A stretch of DNA of 64,000 nucleotides from the IMG/VR virus record IMGVR_UViG_3300032268_000759, positions 1 to 64,000 of that record. One strand, written 5' to 3'. This document shows positions 27,020 to 36,813 of the stretch, piece after piece (the stretch's first letter is position 1; every line of letters starts with the position of its first letter). A program made the position numbers and the translations under genes. Under the pieces are notes generated by a model. That model worked only from the letters and a program-made list of their open reading frames with translations. It made no database searches and was not told the origin of the DNA. Origin of the DNA: an uncultured virus (IMG/VR IMGVR_UViG_3300032268_000759) (taxonomy: Duplodnaviria > Heunggongvirae > Uroviricota > Caudoviricetes).

Positions 27020-27340
27020 GCTGATTAGAGCGGCCATTACATACTCCTTTTTCACATGGTTACATCCCCTATCTTTGTGCGTACGGTATACGTACGTGGT
27101 GCGAGAATGGCACGTATCTATAACGCGCGTTGCTATCCATATATACGTGCGCTATGATATCGCGTGGGTTAGACGAACCTTCACATCGAGTATAACCTTT
27201 ACGCATCGATTTTGTATATACATATATACTCGCCACAACCACAAACACAATTCTCAAAATACCATTTTGACCACATTCCACTAGGATGTGGATTTTCTCT
27301 TTTAAAAAAACTTTCCACATCGATAAAGTATATACATATA
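27020..27340. other. Non-coding, CpG/palindrome-rich element
   Basis: CGTACG, GTATAC, ACGTACGT, AACGCGCGTT, GATATC, ATCGAT x2, GTATATAC x2; C-rich tract. Confidence 0.65.
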
Positions 27341-27394
27341 TATTTGGCTCCCTAAAAACAAGATGTTATATTTACAATGTTAAAAGAAACAAAT

Positions 27395-28045
27395 ATGAAA
27401 AATATATTAATAACAACAGTAGTAGGTTTAGCATTATTCACATCATGTGAAAAACCAGATCAAGGAGCTTACCCATGTCCAGATGGAAATTGTGATGGTA
27501 GATTTTGGGTTGAAACACCTACTACAGCAAAACAAGACAGTTTAGGTTATTGGCATGTTCCATTTTGGGGACCAAATTATTTCTCCATTAGAGGTGAATT
27601 AGATGAATTACATCCGGACTATGTTATAAATGGAGTCCCATTAATTGAAACCTCTTTTGATTCAGATTATTGGTTGTTGTTTGATACTATTCAATGGCGT
27701 TTCCCAGTGTATTCTCATTTGGGGTTATATCGTGATAAAAAATTTAAGGACCCAATTCCAATTGGTAATCGTACTTATACTTTAACTAATATAGCTAATT
27801 CTCACCCACCACTAAACATTGTTGGTTATCAGATATCTCCCCATATGTGTATGACGTGCCCGTACACTCCAACTCTGATTGGTACGTATAGTAAATACAA
27901 TTATCGCCCGAAACAAAACGTAGTATTCGATGATGAAATGATAGGTGACACAGCATCCATTTTTATTGAGGTGATGTTTAACTCGGATTTAGGCGAGCGA
28001 GTAACACGTAATTATAGAATGAATATTGTATTTGATCCTAAATAA
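27395..28045 (+). CDS. Lipoprotein of unknown function
   Basis: MKNILITTVVGLALFTS-C. Confidence 0.75.
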   Translation: MKNILITTVVGLALFTSCEKPDQGAYPCPDGNCDGRFWVETPTTAKQDSLGYWHVPFWGPNYFSIRGELDELHPDYVINGVPLIETSFDSDYWLLFDTIQWRFPVYSHLGLYRDKKFKDPIPIGNRTYTLTNIANSHPPLNIVGYQISPHMCMTCPYTPTLIGTYSKYNYRPKQNVVFDDEMIGDTASIFIEVMFNSDLGERVTRNYRMNIVFDPK

Positions 28046-28326
28046 TGGATAAAGAAACACTAAAAGGCTTAGAACATTTAATTAATACTAGTTCTAATTT
28101 AATTGATATTGATTTGGCTATAGCTATATTAACTCATAACATGGGTCCTGATATGGAAAGGGAGGTAGCTGTTGTGTTGGTTGCCGCTATTGAAAAACGA
28201 AAGTTAATTCAATAATATTTGGTATATAAGTATATACATATGAGAGGTGCATAGGGTAGGGATTGTAGGGTTGAATTATTTTGTGATTTAAACATATTTA
28301 TAATCACAATAATAACATTTTATTAA

Positions 28327-29913
28327 ATGGCAATCTTATCAAAAGTTGGTATAACATCTGGAAGCTTAATTCAAGCAGTTCAAATAACACAAATTATTGA
28401 TGCGTTAACAGCATCAGGTAGTGTGATCGATATTCTAGTAACAGGATCTGTAAATGTAGAAGGTCCTATTCGATTAGGAACACTAGGAGAAAACTCTCAA
28501 TCACCATTAATTTTTAATCCGGATGCGTCTGGAAATTCTGTTTTTTATGCTAAGAATCCTAGTGGTACTCTTACTATAGGTACAGGTGCAAATCCATATG
28601 CTGGTTCAGATTTAATGACTTTAAGTCCATTAGGTGCTTTAGGTGTAACTGGTATAAATGTTGGATTTACTGCTTCTGCTGGTAGTGTTCTTGTGAGTGG
28701 TAAAACAGGTTTAGGTACTACAACTCCTCAAGCTAGATTATCTGTTTCTAATAATGGTTCTCAAAGTATTGAAATGGATTATTCTGCTGTATTAAATGCT
28801 AATTACATTGAAAGCTACAATAGATCATCTTCTGCTCCCTTAGATTTAGTTTATTATATAAGTCCTGGTCCTACAGGTAGTCATAGATTTTATACTAATG
28901 GTGGACAAAGAATGATTATTAATAGAGATGGTTATGTAGGTATAAATACTGCTACTCCAACCGCACCATTAAATGTTAATGGTAATACTATTATTGATGG
29001 TGGTAATTTTACTATATCTAATTCATATCCTAGACTATTTTTAACAGATACAGATAGCAATTCAGATTATAGTTTAATAAATGATAATGGTGGATTTACT
29101 ATTTATGATGATACTAACTCAGCTGTAAGAATGTATATTTTACCTAATGGTAATGTTGGTATAGGAACTGTTTCTCCTAATACTAAATTAGATGTTAATG
29201 GTAATACCACAGTGACAGGTAGTATTACAGCTACAAGTACTATATCTAGTCCTACTATGACTACTACTACTTTTAGTTCTACTAATACTACTAATGTTAA
29301 TACAACAACTACTAATTTTAGTAGTTCAGGAACAGTAACTATAGGTACTCCAGGTGTAACCAATGCAAGCCATATACAGTTTTGGCCTAATGATGCGTCA
29401 GGTAATGCTTATTATATTCAAGACAGTGCTTCTATATTCAGTATAGGTGGTGGAGTTTATGGTTCAGGTACTAGTGTACTTTCAATTAATGGTAGTAATA
29501 ATGTAGGTATTGGTAAAACTACTCCTACTACTAAATTAGATGTAAATGGAAATGTATTAGTTACAGGATCTTTATTAATAACAGGAAATTTAGGCTATGA
29601 AGTTGGGGCTGGTGGTTTTGTATCACAAGCTACATCTAGAACTACTTCAGTTACTATAAATAAAGCATGTGGAACTATAATATTATTCTCAGCAGCAGGT
29701 ACAACTTCTTATACAACATTTACAGTGAATAATAGTTTAGTTGCCGCTACAGATGTGATAATAGTTAATGCTCGACAATCTACTAATCTTTATGAAACAT
29801 TTGTCACTGAAGTAGGTACAGGTAGTTTTAAAATTACTTTTAGATCAACAGGTGGAGTAGCAACAGATTCATTATTTATAAGTTTTGCTATTATTAAAGC
29901 TGTCACAACTTAA
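28327..29913 (+). CDS. Tail fibre / receptor-binding-like protein
   Basis: Repeated G(N/Y)VGIG(T/K)xTPxxKLDVNG fibre motifs. Confidence 0.8.
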   Translation: MAILSKVGITSGSLIQAVQITQIIDALTASGSVIDILVTGSVNVEGPIRLGTLGENSQSPLIFNPDASGNSVFYAKNPSGTLTIGTGANPYAGSDLMTLSPLGALGVTGINVGFTASAGSVLVSGKTGLGTTTPQARLSVSNNGSQSIEMDYSAVLNANYIESYNRSSSAPLDLVYYISPGPTGSHRFYTNGGQRMIINRDGYVGINTATPTAPLNVNGNTIIDGGNFTISNSYPRLFLTDTDSNSDYSLINDNGGFTIYDDTNSAVRMYILPNGNVGIGTVSPNTKLDVNGNTTVTGSITATSTISSPTMTTTTFSSTNTTNVNTTTTNFSSSGTVTIGTPGVTNASHIQFWPNDASGNAYYIQDSASIFSIGGGVYGSGTSVLSINGSNNVGIGKTTPTTKLDVNGNVLVTGSLLITGNLGYEVGAGGFVSQATSRTTSVTINKACGTIILFSAAGTTSYTTFTVNNSLVAATDVIIVNARQSTNLYETFVTEVGTGSFKITFRSTGGVATDSLFISFAIIKAVTT

Positions 29914-29944
29914 TATTTAATAAATACAATCAATAATTAAACAT

Positions 29945-30535
29945 ATGGCTTACACAAGAGAACAAATCGAAGCAGCTGTTAAAGCAAAAGGTTATGTATG
30001 GTTTGAAGGAGCAAAAGATTATGACATTAACATTGTTGGTGTTCGTAACTCAGCTACTGGAAATAAAGTTACTAATGTATTTGATGATACAATGACTGTA
30101 TCTTACAAAGTAAATGGAGCATGGATGTTTAAACAATGGTCTTGTACCACTGATCCAGGTACTAAAGGAGTTAAAGAATTCCATAACACAGCAGGTGTTG
30201 CTCGTTTAGTTGAAGGACAGTATCGTGGTTCACATGCACTTGGTTTACATCAAGGTAAGTATGAAGCTTTAAAACAAGCTAAACCAGTTAAGGTATACCG
30301 TGATGCTAATAAGGACATGACTTATGATGAGTCTAAAATTCAAGAAGGTATTTTTGGTATTAACATTCATAAAGCAGGTGTTGATTCAACTTATGTTGAG
30401 AACTGGTCTGAAGGATGTCAAGTATTTAAAAAGGCAGCAAACTTTGAAGAGTTTATGACTATTGCTCGTCAAGCAGCTAAAATTCATGGTCCATCATTTA
30501 CTTATACTTTAATTGAAAGTTCAGACATAAAGTAA
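29945..30535 (+). CDS. Putative endolysin, L,D-transpeptidase (YkuD)-like catalytic motif
   Basis: GINIHKAG...NWSEGCQV; VYRDANKD. Confidence 0.6.
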   Translation: MAYTREQIEAAVKAKGYVWFEGAKDYDINIVGVRNSATGNKVTNVFDDTMTVSYKVNGAWMFKQWSCTTDPGTKGVKEFHNTAGVARLVEGQYRGSHALGLHQGKYEALKQAKPVKVYRDANKDMTYDESKIQEGIFGINIHKAGVDSTYVENWSEGCQVFKKAANFEEFMTIARQAAKIHGPSFTYTLIESSDIK

Positions 30536-30618
30536 TGGAAGAGTACCCTGATTTTATTGATAATTATGATTTATAAGAAACGTTTGGCTCCCCAGGGAGC
30601 CTTCGTTATCTTTACACT

Positions 30619-30939
30619 ATGAGTGAAAAGAAAGGTAATACAGTTAAAATTGAGTATGGTTTTGATACTTGGAAGTGTCTTGAGATATATGTTGAGTCAT
30701 TAGAAAGATGGCATCGTGTCACAGCTCGTGAATTTAGATCATATAGTGGTAAACGTAGAGTAACTACTTGGGATAAAGAGGATAATATAATTCACACTGA
30801 ACATAATGGTCCAGTATATTATTTCATGACTAATAATGTTTGTAAAGAACCTGATGGAAATAAAGTACAACATTTAGTTACACTTGAAAAAATGAAGCCA
30901 CGTATGTTTGAAGAATATGCTTTGGCTTCCCAGGAATAA
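30619..30939 (+). CDS. Hypothetical protein
   Basis: Leaderless after promoter 30583. Confidence 0.7.
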   Translation: MSEKKGNTVKIEYGFDTWKCLEIYVESLERWHRVTAREFRSYSGKRRVTTWDKEDNIIHTEHNGPVYYFMTNNVCKEPDGNKVQHLVTLEKMKPRMFEEYALASQE

Positions 30940-30979
30940 GATGTTATATTTAAGATGTAAAAATTAATAAATAAAAGTT

Positions 30980-32230
30980 ATGATAGACAATGTACACTCA
31001 GAGATTGCAAAGTACTCTAAAACTTTGATGTTTAAAGAACCATTTTATGGTTTATTTTTAATTGGTTTAAATAAAAAATTAAATAAAGGTATTGGTACAG
31101 CTTGTGTCTGTAAAGAAAACATCAATACCTCATTAATGATTAATCCAGATTTTTGGGTTAAACAAGATGAACAAACCAAAGTAGCTATTCTAAAACATGA
31201 GTTGTTACATATAGCATTTCACCATTTAACTCAATTAGATTCTTATAGTGATAAAGAGTTATTAAATATAGCAGCTGATATTGAGATCAATCAATTTATT
31301 GAAGATGTTTGGAAAGGTAAAACTTGGGAGGGTTTAGAAATAAATAAAAAACCATTTAAAGCACTTAGTTTACCTAAAAGAGCAGGTACTAGAGTTTATT
31401 ATGATTTATTAAAAAAGGAAGTTGATGATAATCCTGATGGTGATGTAGCTAAAATGTTAGGTGCTTTAAAAGACGCAGCTAATGGAGGAGCAGGATCAGA
31501 AATAACTGTAACTTTAGGTGATGGTTCAACTATGACTGTACCTTGTTCTCATGAAATGTGGAAAGAGTTTGAGGGAATGAGTGAAGCAGATAAGAAATTA
31601 TTAGGTAAACAAATTGATCATCAATTAAAAGAAGTAGCTAATATTACTAATAAATCAAGAGGCACCATACCATCAGAAATGGTAGAATATATTAATGGTT
31701 TATTTGAAATTGAAGAAGCAGTAATTGATTGGAAGGCGTATTTAAGACGCTTTAATGGTATGGCTACCAAAGTATATACTAAGAAAACTAGACGTAAATT
31801 AAACAAACGTTTTGTCGGTAATCCCGCACTTAAAATTAAACAACGTAAAAACACTTTAGTAGCAATTGATACTTCAGGTTCAGTTAGTAATAAAGATTTA
31901 GAGGAATTTTTTAATGAAATACATCATATTCATAAAACAGGTACTGAAGTAGATATTATTGAGTGTGATGCGGTTATTCAGAGAGTTTATAAGTATGATG
32001 GTAAACAAAAAGATAAAATAGAAGTTAAAGGTAGAGGAGGAACAGCATTTGAACCTGTAATTAAATATTTAAATACTCATAAAGGTAAATATCAAAATAT
32101 TATTTATTTGACTGATGGTGAATGTCCAGCACCTTCTACTAAACCAGCTAGACCTATATTATGGGTTATAAGTGAAAGTGGAACTATGGGAGATGATTTA
32201 CCAGGTGCTAAAGTTCAAATCAAAAGATAA
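30980..32230 (+). CDS. DUF2201-type metallopeptidase-like + VWA domain protein
   Basis: HELLH, NIAADIEIN, AIDTSGSV, GRGGT.F, YLTDG. Confidence 0.88.
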   Translation: MIDNVHSEIAKYSKTLMFKEPFYGLFLIGLNKKLNKGIGTACVCKENINTSLMINPDFWVKQDEQTKVAILKHELLHIAFHHLTQLDSYSDKELLNIAADIEINQFIEDVWKGKTWEGLEINKKPFKALSLPKRAGTRVYYDLLKKEVDDNPDGDVAKMLGALKDAANGGAGSEITVTLGDGSTMTVPCSHEMWKEFEGMSEADKKLLGKQIDHQLKEVANITNKSRGTIPSEMVEYINGLFEIEEAVIDWKAYLRRFNGMATKVYTKKTRRKLNKRFVGNPALKIKQRKNTLVAIDTSGSVSNKDLEEFFNEIHHIHKTGTEVDIIECDAVIQRVYKYDGKQKDKIEVKGRGGTAFEPVIKYLNTHKGKYQNIIYLTDGECPAPSTKPARPILWVISESGTMGDDLPGAKVQIKR

Positions 32231-32308
32231 TAGGTTTGGCTTTTCAGAACTATTATGTTATATTTACAATGTTAAAAAGATAAAATAATAATTAAAAAAA
32301 TAAAGGTT

Positions 32309-33496
32309 ATGGCTAAAAAAACAACAAAAACAGAAGCGTTATCGTTAAATCCAAACGAATTAAAGGATTTTTTAAAACACATCATTACTAATAATCGTTA
32401 TTTACAGGATAATAATAAGATTCCTGTATCAACTGAGGTAGTAGGTGAATCAGGTATTGGTAAAACATCATCAATTATTCAACTAGCTGAAGAGTTAGAT
32501 TTGAGTTTTGTTAAATTAAATTTAGCTCAAATTGAAGAAATAGGTGACTTAGTAGGATTTCCAATCCGTCAATTTGAAATGGAACTAGATGGTTCTAAAT
32601 TATGGATTGATGAACATGCATTTGATGAGTATAGGAAATTAGGTTATAATTCAACTTCTAAAAATAGAATGAGTTATTGTCCACCTGAATGGATTGCTGG
32701 CAAATCAAATGGAGGTATTTTATTATTAGATGATTGGAATAGAGCTGACATTAGGTTTATTCAAGCTGTAATGGAATTAATAGATCGTCAACAATATATT
32801 AGTTGGAAGTTACCTAAAGATTGGCATATTATTTTAACCGCTAATCCTGATAATGGTGACTATTTAGTTAACAGTATTGATACCGCCCAAAAAACACGTT
32901 TTATCTCAGCTAATCTTAAATTTGATTTAAACAGTTGGGGTAAGTGGGCAGAGGAGAATGGGTTAGATGGTCGTTGTATAAATTTCTTATTAATGCATCC
33001 TGAATTAGTTACTAAGGAAATAAATGCTAGGAGTATAGTAATGTTCTTTAATTCAATATCATCTATTAAAACATTTGAAGAACAATTATCATTAATTCAG
33101 ATGATTGGTGAAGGTAGTGTTGGTACTGAGTTTGCTAGTTTATTTACAATGTTTATTAATAATAAATTAGATAAGATGATTTCACCACAAAACATATTTG
33201 AACAAGATGAGAAATATGTTATGAATACTCTAAAAGGTTTAGTAGGTAAAGATAAAAATTATAGAGCAGATATTGCCTCAACATTAGGTACTAGGGTTGT
33301 TAATTATTTAGATGTTTATTCTAAAACAAATAAAATTGAAAAACCATTAATAGATCGTTTAAGTAAAATTGTTACAGATGAGATTTTTGCTACTGATATT
33401 TGTTATCAAATGGTAAAATCAATTTATAATAATAATCCAAGTAAATTTAATTTATTAATGTTAAATAAAGATTTAGTTAAGTATATTATTAAATAA
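32309..33496 (+). CDS. MoxR-like AAA+ ATPase
   Basis: GESGIGKT, DLVGFP, LLLDDWNRA, TANP, D.AQKTRF. Confidence 0.88.
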   Translation: MAKKTTKTEALSLNPNELKDFLKHIITNNRYLQDNNKIPVSTEVVGESGIGKTSSIIQLAEELDLSFVKLNLAQIEEIGDLVGFPIRQFEMELDGSKLWIDEHAFDEYRKLGYNSTSKNRMSYCPPEWIAGKSNGGILLLDDWNRADIRFIQAVMELIDRQQYISWKLPKDWHIILTANPDNGDYLVNSIDTAQKTRFISANLKFDLNSWGKWAEENGLDGRCINFLLMHPELVTKEINARSIVMFFNSISSIKTFEEQLSLIQMIGEGSVGTEFASLFTMFINNKLDKMISPQNIFEQDEKYVMNTLKGLVGKDKNYRADIASTLGTRVVNYLDVYSKTNKIEKPLIDRLSKIVTDEIFATDICYQMVKSIYNNNPSKFNLLMLNKDLVKYIIK

Positions 33497-33557
33497 TGTT
33501 TGGCTCCTCAGGGAGCCTTCATTATATTTATGATGTAAAAAATAAAAAATAAAGGTT

Positions 33558-34682
33558 ATGATAAAAAACAGCACATTAAAAACACACATTATTACTCAAA
33601 TCAATTATAATAATCATGGTGATTCTATGACTTATAATAATTGGAATAGAAGTTTTTACTTTGATTCACTTCAAATTAATAAATTAAGACTTAAAATTAA
33701 TCAATTATTAGAAAATAATAATACTTTAAGTAGTAGTGATTTGATTTATACTAATTCTTCTAGTGATATTCCTCGTTTTAAATTAAAAGAATTTATGATT
33801 GAAAAAGGTATTAATCGTACCTCTAGAATAGAACAAAGTACTTGTATTTTATTAAGTAAAAAATTATTACAAGAACTAAAAGGAATGAAAAAATTATTTG
33901 ATGATAAAGAAATAATATATTTTGTTAGTGAAGAAGTAGCTAGTATGTTATATAATGGATGGAATAATGATAAAAACTATTATGTTAAACCAGAAAAACC
34001 AAGTTTTAATGTAGATAAATGGTTATATTTACCAGAGTGGGTTATCAAACCATCAACAAATTATAATGTTTCTCTAACTAATTCTAAAAAATATGGTAAA
34101 TATGTTCCTACTCATTTTACTAAAGAAGAAGTATATATGATAGATCATAGAAGTAAAAAGTGGGTTGATTTATTAGACACAGTTAATTTCTTATATGAAA
34201 ATCCTAATATTAAAGTAGTATTTGATGAGGATTTATTTAAAGATCTTAATAAAGAAGGTATGGTTTTAGATTCAGATATAGAATCAACTTTAAAAGATAT
34301 GATTTATAGTAAAGATAAAGATAATATTAAATTAGGTTTAGAATTGATTTCTAATCTAGAGGTAAATGATCATACTTTATATAAAATGTCTTTACTATTA
34401 AATAACTTTATTAATATGGGTGGTGATAGACTTAATAGAAGTAATAGAGCTCAAATAACTCAATTATCTATGAATAATCGTAATTTAAAAACACTTTTAA
34501 ATACATTTAAAACTAAAGAAATATATTGGGATAGAGATTGGAAAACATTTGCTTCAGGTTTAATTAAAAACTTTAGAGGTACAGAACATGAAATACTAAT
34601 TAAAGAGTATTTTATTGATAAATTAAATAATGAGTTTGCATCATTATCAGGAGTAAAAATAGAGGATATTAAATTTGCTTAA
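33558..34682 (+). CDS. Hypothetical protein
   Basis: 374-aa ORF with own promoter. Confidence 0.8.
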   Translation: MIKNSTLKTHIITQINYNNHGDSMTYNNWNRSFYFDSLQINKLRLKINQLLENNNTLSSSDLIYTNSSSDIPRFKLKEFMIEKGINRTSRIEQSTCILLSKKLLQELKGMKKLFDDKEIIYFVSEEVASMLYNGWNNDKNYYVKPEKPSFNVDKWLYLPEWVIKPSTNYNVSLTNSKKYGKYVPTHFTKEEVYMIDHRSKKWVDLLDTVNFLYENPNIKVVFDEDLFKDLNKEGMVLDSDIESTLKDMIYSKDKDNIKLGLELISNLEVNDHTLYKMSLLLNNFINMGGDRLNRSNRAQITQLSMNNRNLKTLLNTFKTKEIYWDRDWKTFASGLIKNFRGTEHEILIKEYFIDKLNNEFASLSGVKIEDIKFA

Positions 34683-34732
34683 GTAAAATATCTATATTAT
34701 ATTATAAACAAATAAAATAAGTTAAAACAAAA

Positions 34733-34915
34733 ATGAAAAAAGTAATCGTTTTAGTTGCTATTGCAACAGTATTTATGTCATGTACATCAAATAACAATTC
34801 AAATTCAGGTCTATTAGGTGGTGATTCAGCTACAGTATCAGTTGATTCTACAAATGTAGAATGTTGTGATTCAACAGCATTAGAATCAGCTATTCAAGAT
34901 ACATTTACAAACTAG
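34733..34915 (+). CDS. Small lipoprotein
   Basis: MKKVIVLVAIATVFMS-C; DS(A/T) motifs. Confidence 0.7.
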   Translation: MKKVIVLVAIATVFMSCTSNNNSNSGLLGGDSATVSVDSTNVECCDSTALESAIQDTFTN

Positions 34916-34995
34916 TATCACAAGAATTACAGTTTTAATTCCCAATAAAGACTAGAAGATATTCTAGAAACTAATTGGGGATTTCTTCTTGCCTT

Positions 34996-35412
34996 ATGGA
35001 CATAGAAAAAATATTTGACTTATTTGATACACCAGATGAACCTAAAAAACAGGTCATAATGGATATAAGTGAGCATCCTGCTTTTTGGATAGGTATGTTT
35101 CGTAAAATTATTATGAATCATTCTAACTTTAATTCAGCCCAATTATCTGTCTTTAAAACGGCTTTCCCTAATATGGACATAAACGATATTAGGAACGCAG
35201 GTGAGTTTATTATATACACTAGATCATACGAATTCTTACAGAAATTAAATATTGAGCGTGAGTTCGATTTACAGATATTAAAAGATAGCACTTCTATTGA
35301 GTTAGTTGTGTCTTTAAAATTATCTATTTCATATTTTGAAAGTATTGAAGAATATGAAAAATGTGCCTTTTTAATAAAGATTTTAACAATAGTGGAAGAA
35401 GGTTTAACCTAA
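34996..35412 (+). CDS. Hypothetical protein with C-terminal UVR-like motif
   Basis: YFESIEEYEKCAFLIKIL. Confidence 0.65.
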   Translation: MDIEKIFDLFDTPDEPKKQVIMDISEHPAFWIGMFRKIIMNHSNFNSAQLSVFKTAFPNMDINDIRNAGEFIIYTRSYEFLQKLNIEREFDLQILKDSTSIELVVSLKLSISYFESIEEYEKCAFLIKILTIVEEGLT

Positions 35413-35539
35413 GTTAGGCCTTTTACCTATTAATACGTATCTTCTAATTACGGAAATAGGGAATTAGGGAACAGGAAAAAAATGAGATTAGAGAGAATGA
35501 ATAAGGTAACAGATGAAATAAACGAGAAAATAAAATAAT

Positions 35540-35740
35540 ATGAGATACAGAGAATTAACAACACGCAAGATCGAGAACATCGAGGGACAGCTGAAAGCGC
35601 TGAAATTTATGGTAAACAGAGGAGAACCAATACAAGATTTTCTTAATACTATAGAACATACTGAAAGTATCTTAGCTGAAGTAAAATCACTTCTCCAACA
35701 AGAACCACTCTCAGCAGATGAAGGATTTGGATTACAATAA
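35540..35740 (+). CDS. Small helical hypothetical protein
   Basis: ORF. Confidence 0.7.
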   Translation: MRYRELTTRKIENIEGQLKALKFMVNRGEPIQDFLNTIEHTESILAEVKSLLQQEPLSADEGFGLQ

Positions 35741-35757
35741 TTTAATACTAAATAGTT

Positions 35758-36540
35758 ATGACATTAACAGCAGAACAAATACAAGAAAATTGGGATATAC
35801 TAATGTCTCAAATTGATACTTATATTTCTGAACCTCGTAGAACTAAACTTAAAGAATTCTATTCTAAATTTCAGGAACGTATTATGATGATGCCTGCATC
35901 ACATAAGAAAGAGTACCATAATGCTATGCCTGGAGGATATGTAGAACATGTTGTTCGAGTTATAGATTGTTCACTTAAAATAAATAATATTTGGGAAGAA
36001 ATGGGAGTAGATAATACTACATATACTCTTGAAGAATTAGTATTTTCAGCTTTGAATCATGACTTAGGTAAAATTGGAGATGAAGAAAATGAATCATATA
36101 TCCCTCAGACTGATCAATGGAGACGAGATAAGCTAGGAGAAGAATATATGTTTAACTCTAAGATACCATTTGCATCAGTACCTGATCGAGGTTTATTCCT
36201 ATTACAATCTCATGGTATCCAGTATACATTTAATGAGATGATTACTATCCAGACTCATGATGGTTTATATGATGAGGCAAATAAGAAATATTTAATGACT
36301 TATATGCCAGAACAAAAACCACGTACTGCTTTACCATTTATAATTCATCAAGGTGATTTTATGGCCGCCAGAATTGAGTGGGAACGTGATTGGCTACCTA
36401 AATTAAACTCAAACGTGCCTAACACAGGAAAAAATAGTACATTGTCGAATAAATCAGATACTAAAAAACTCCCAACTAAATCTAAAGCTCTTAGTAGTAT
36501 TAAGAGTGCAGGATTAATGAATATGTTAGATAATTTATGA
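35758..36540 (+). CDS. HD-domain phosphohydrolase
   Basis: HNAMPGGYVEH...HDLGK...HDG...HQGD. Confidence 0.85.
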   Translation: MTLTAEQIQENWDILMSQIDTYISEPRRTKLKEFYSKFQERIMMMPASHKKEYHNAMPGGYVEHVVRVIDCSLKINNIWEEMGVDNTTYTLEELVFSALNHDLGKIGDEENESYIPQTDQWRRDKLGEEYMFNSKIPFASVPDRGLFLLQSHGIQYTFNEMITIQTHDGLYDEANKKYLMTYMPEQKPRTALPFIIHQGDFMAARIEWERDWLPKLNSNVPNTGKNSTLSNKSDTKKLPTKSKALSSIKSAGLMNMLDNL

Positions 36541-36812
36541 TAGCAATAATAACAACATTAAGCGTTTTGGTCGTGATCTTAGGATTCACGACCATTAATC
36601 TTTTGCGAAAAAATGAAAAAGCAGAAGATATTATATTCTCATATAGAGAATACATTACTCAAGTCACAGAGGTAATTGATCAATCTAGTAAAAAATTAGA
36701 TGAAATTGATCAAAAAGGTATATTTAAAAGTGATGATGAAATTGGTTGGTTTTTTGAGAAAGTAAAATTAATTCAAGAAATATTAGACCAATATAGATTA
36801 AAAAACTTTTAA
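36537..36812 (+). CDS. Single-TM membrane protein
   Basis: N-terminal TM; F.SDDEIGWFF. Confidence 0.7.
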   Translation: MIAIITTLSVLVVILGFTTINLLRKNEKAEDIIFSYREYITQVTEVIDQSSKKLDEIDQKGIFKSDDEIGWFFEKVKLIQEILDQYRLKNF

Positions 36813-36813
36813 T

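Noticed and set aside
27018-27320. ORFs on both strands of the palindromic island
   Set aside because: Atypical composition and no promoter or leader; more likely by-products of higher GC non-coding DNA.
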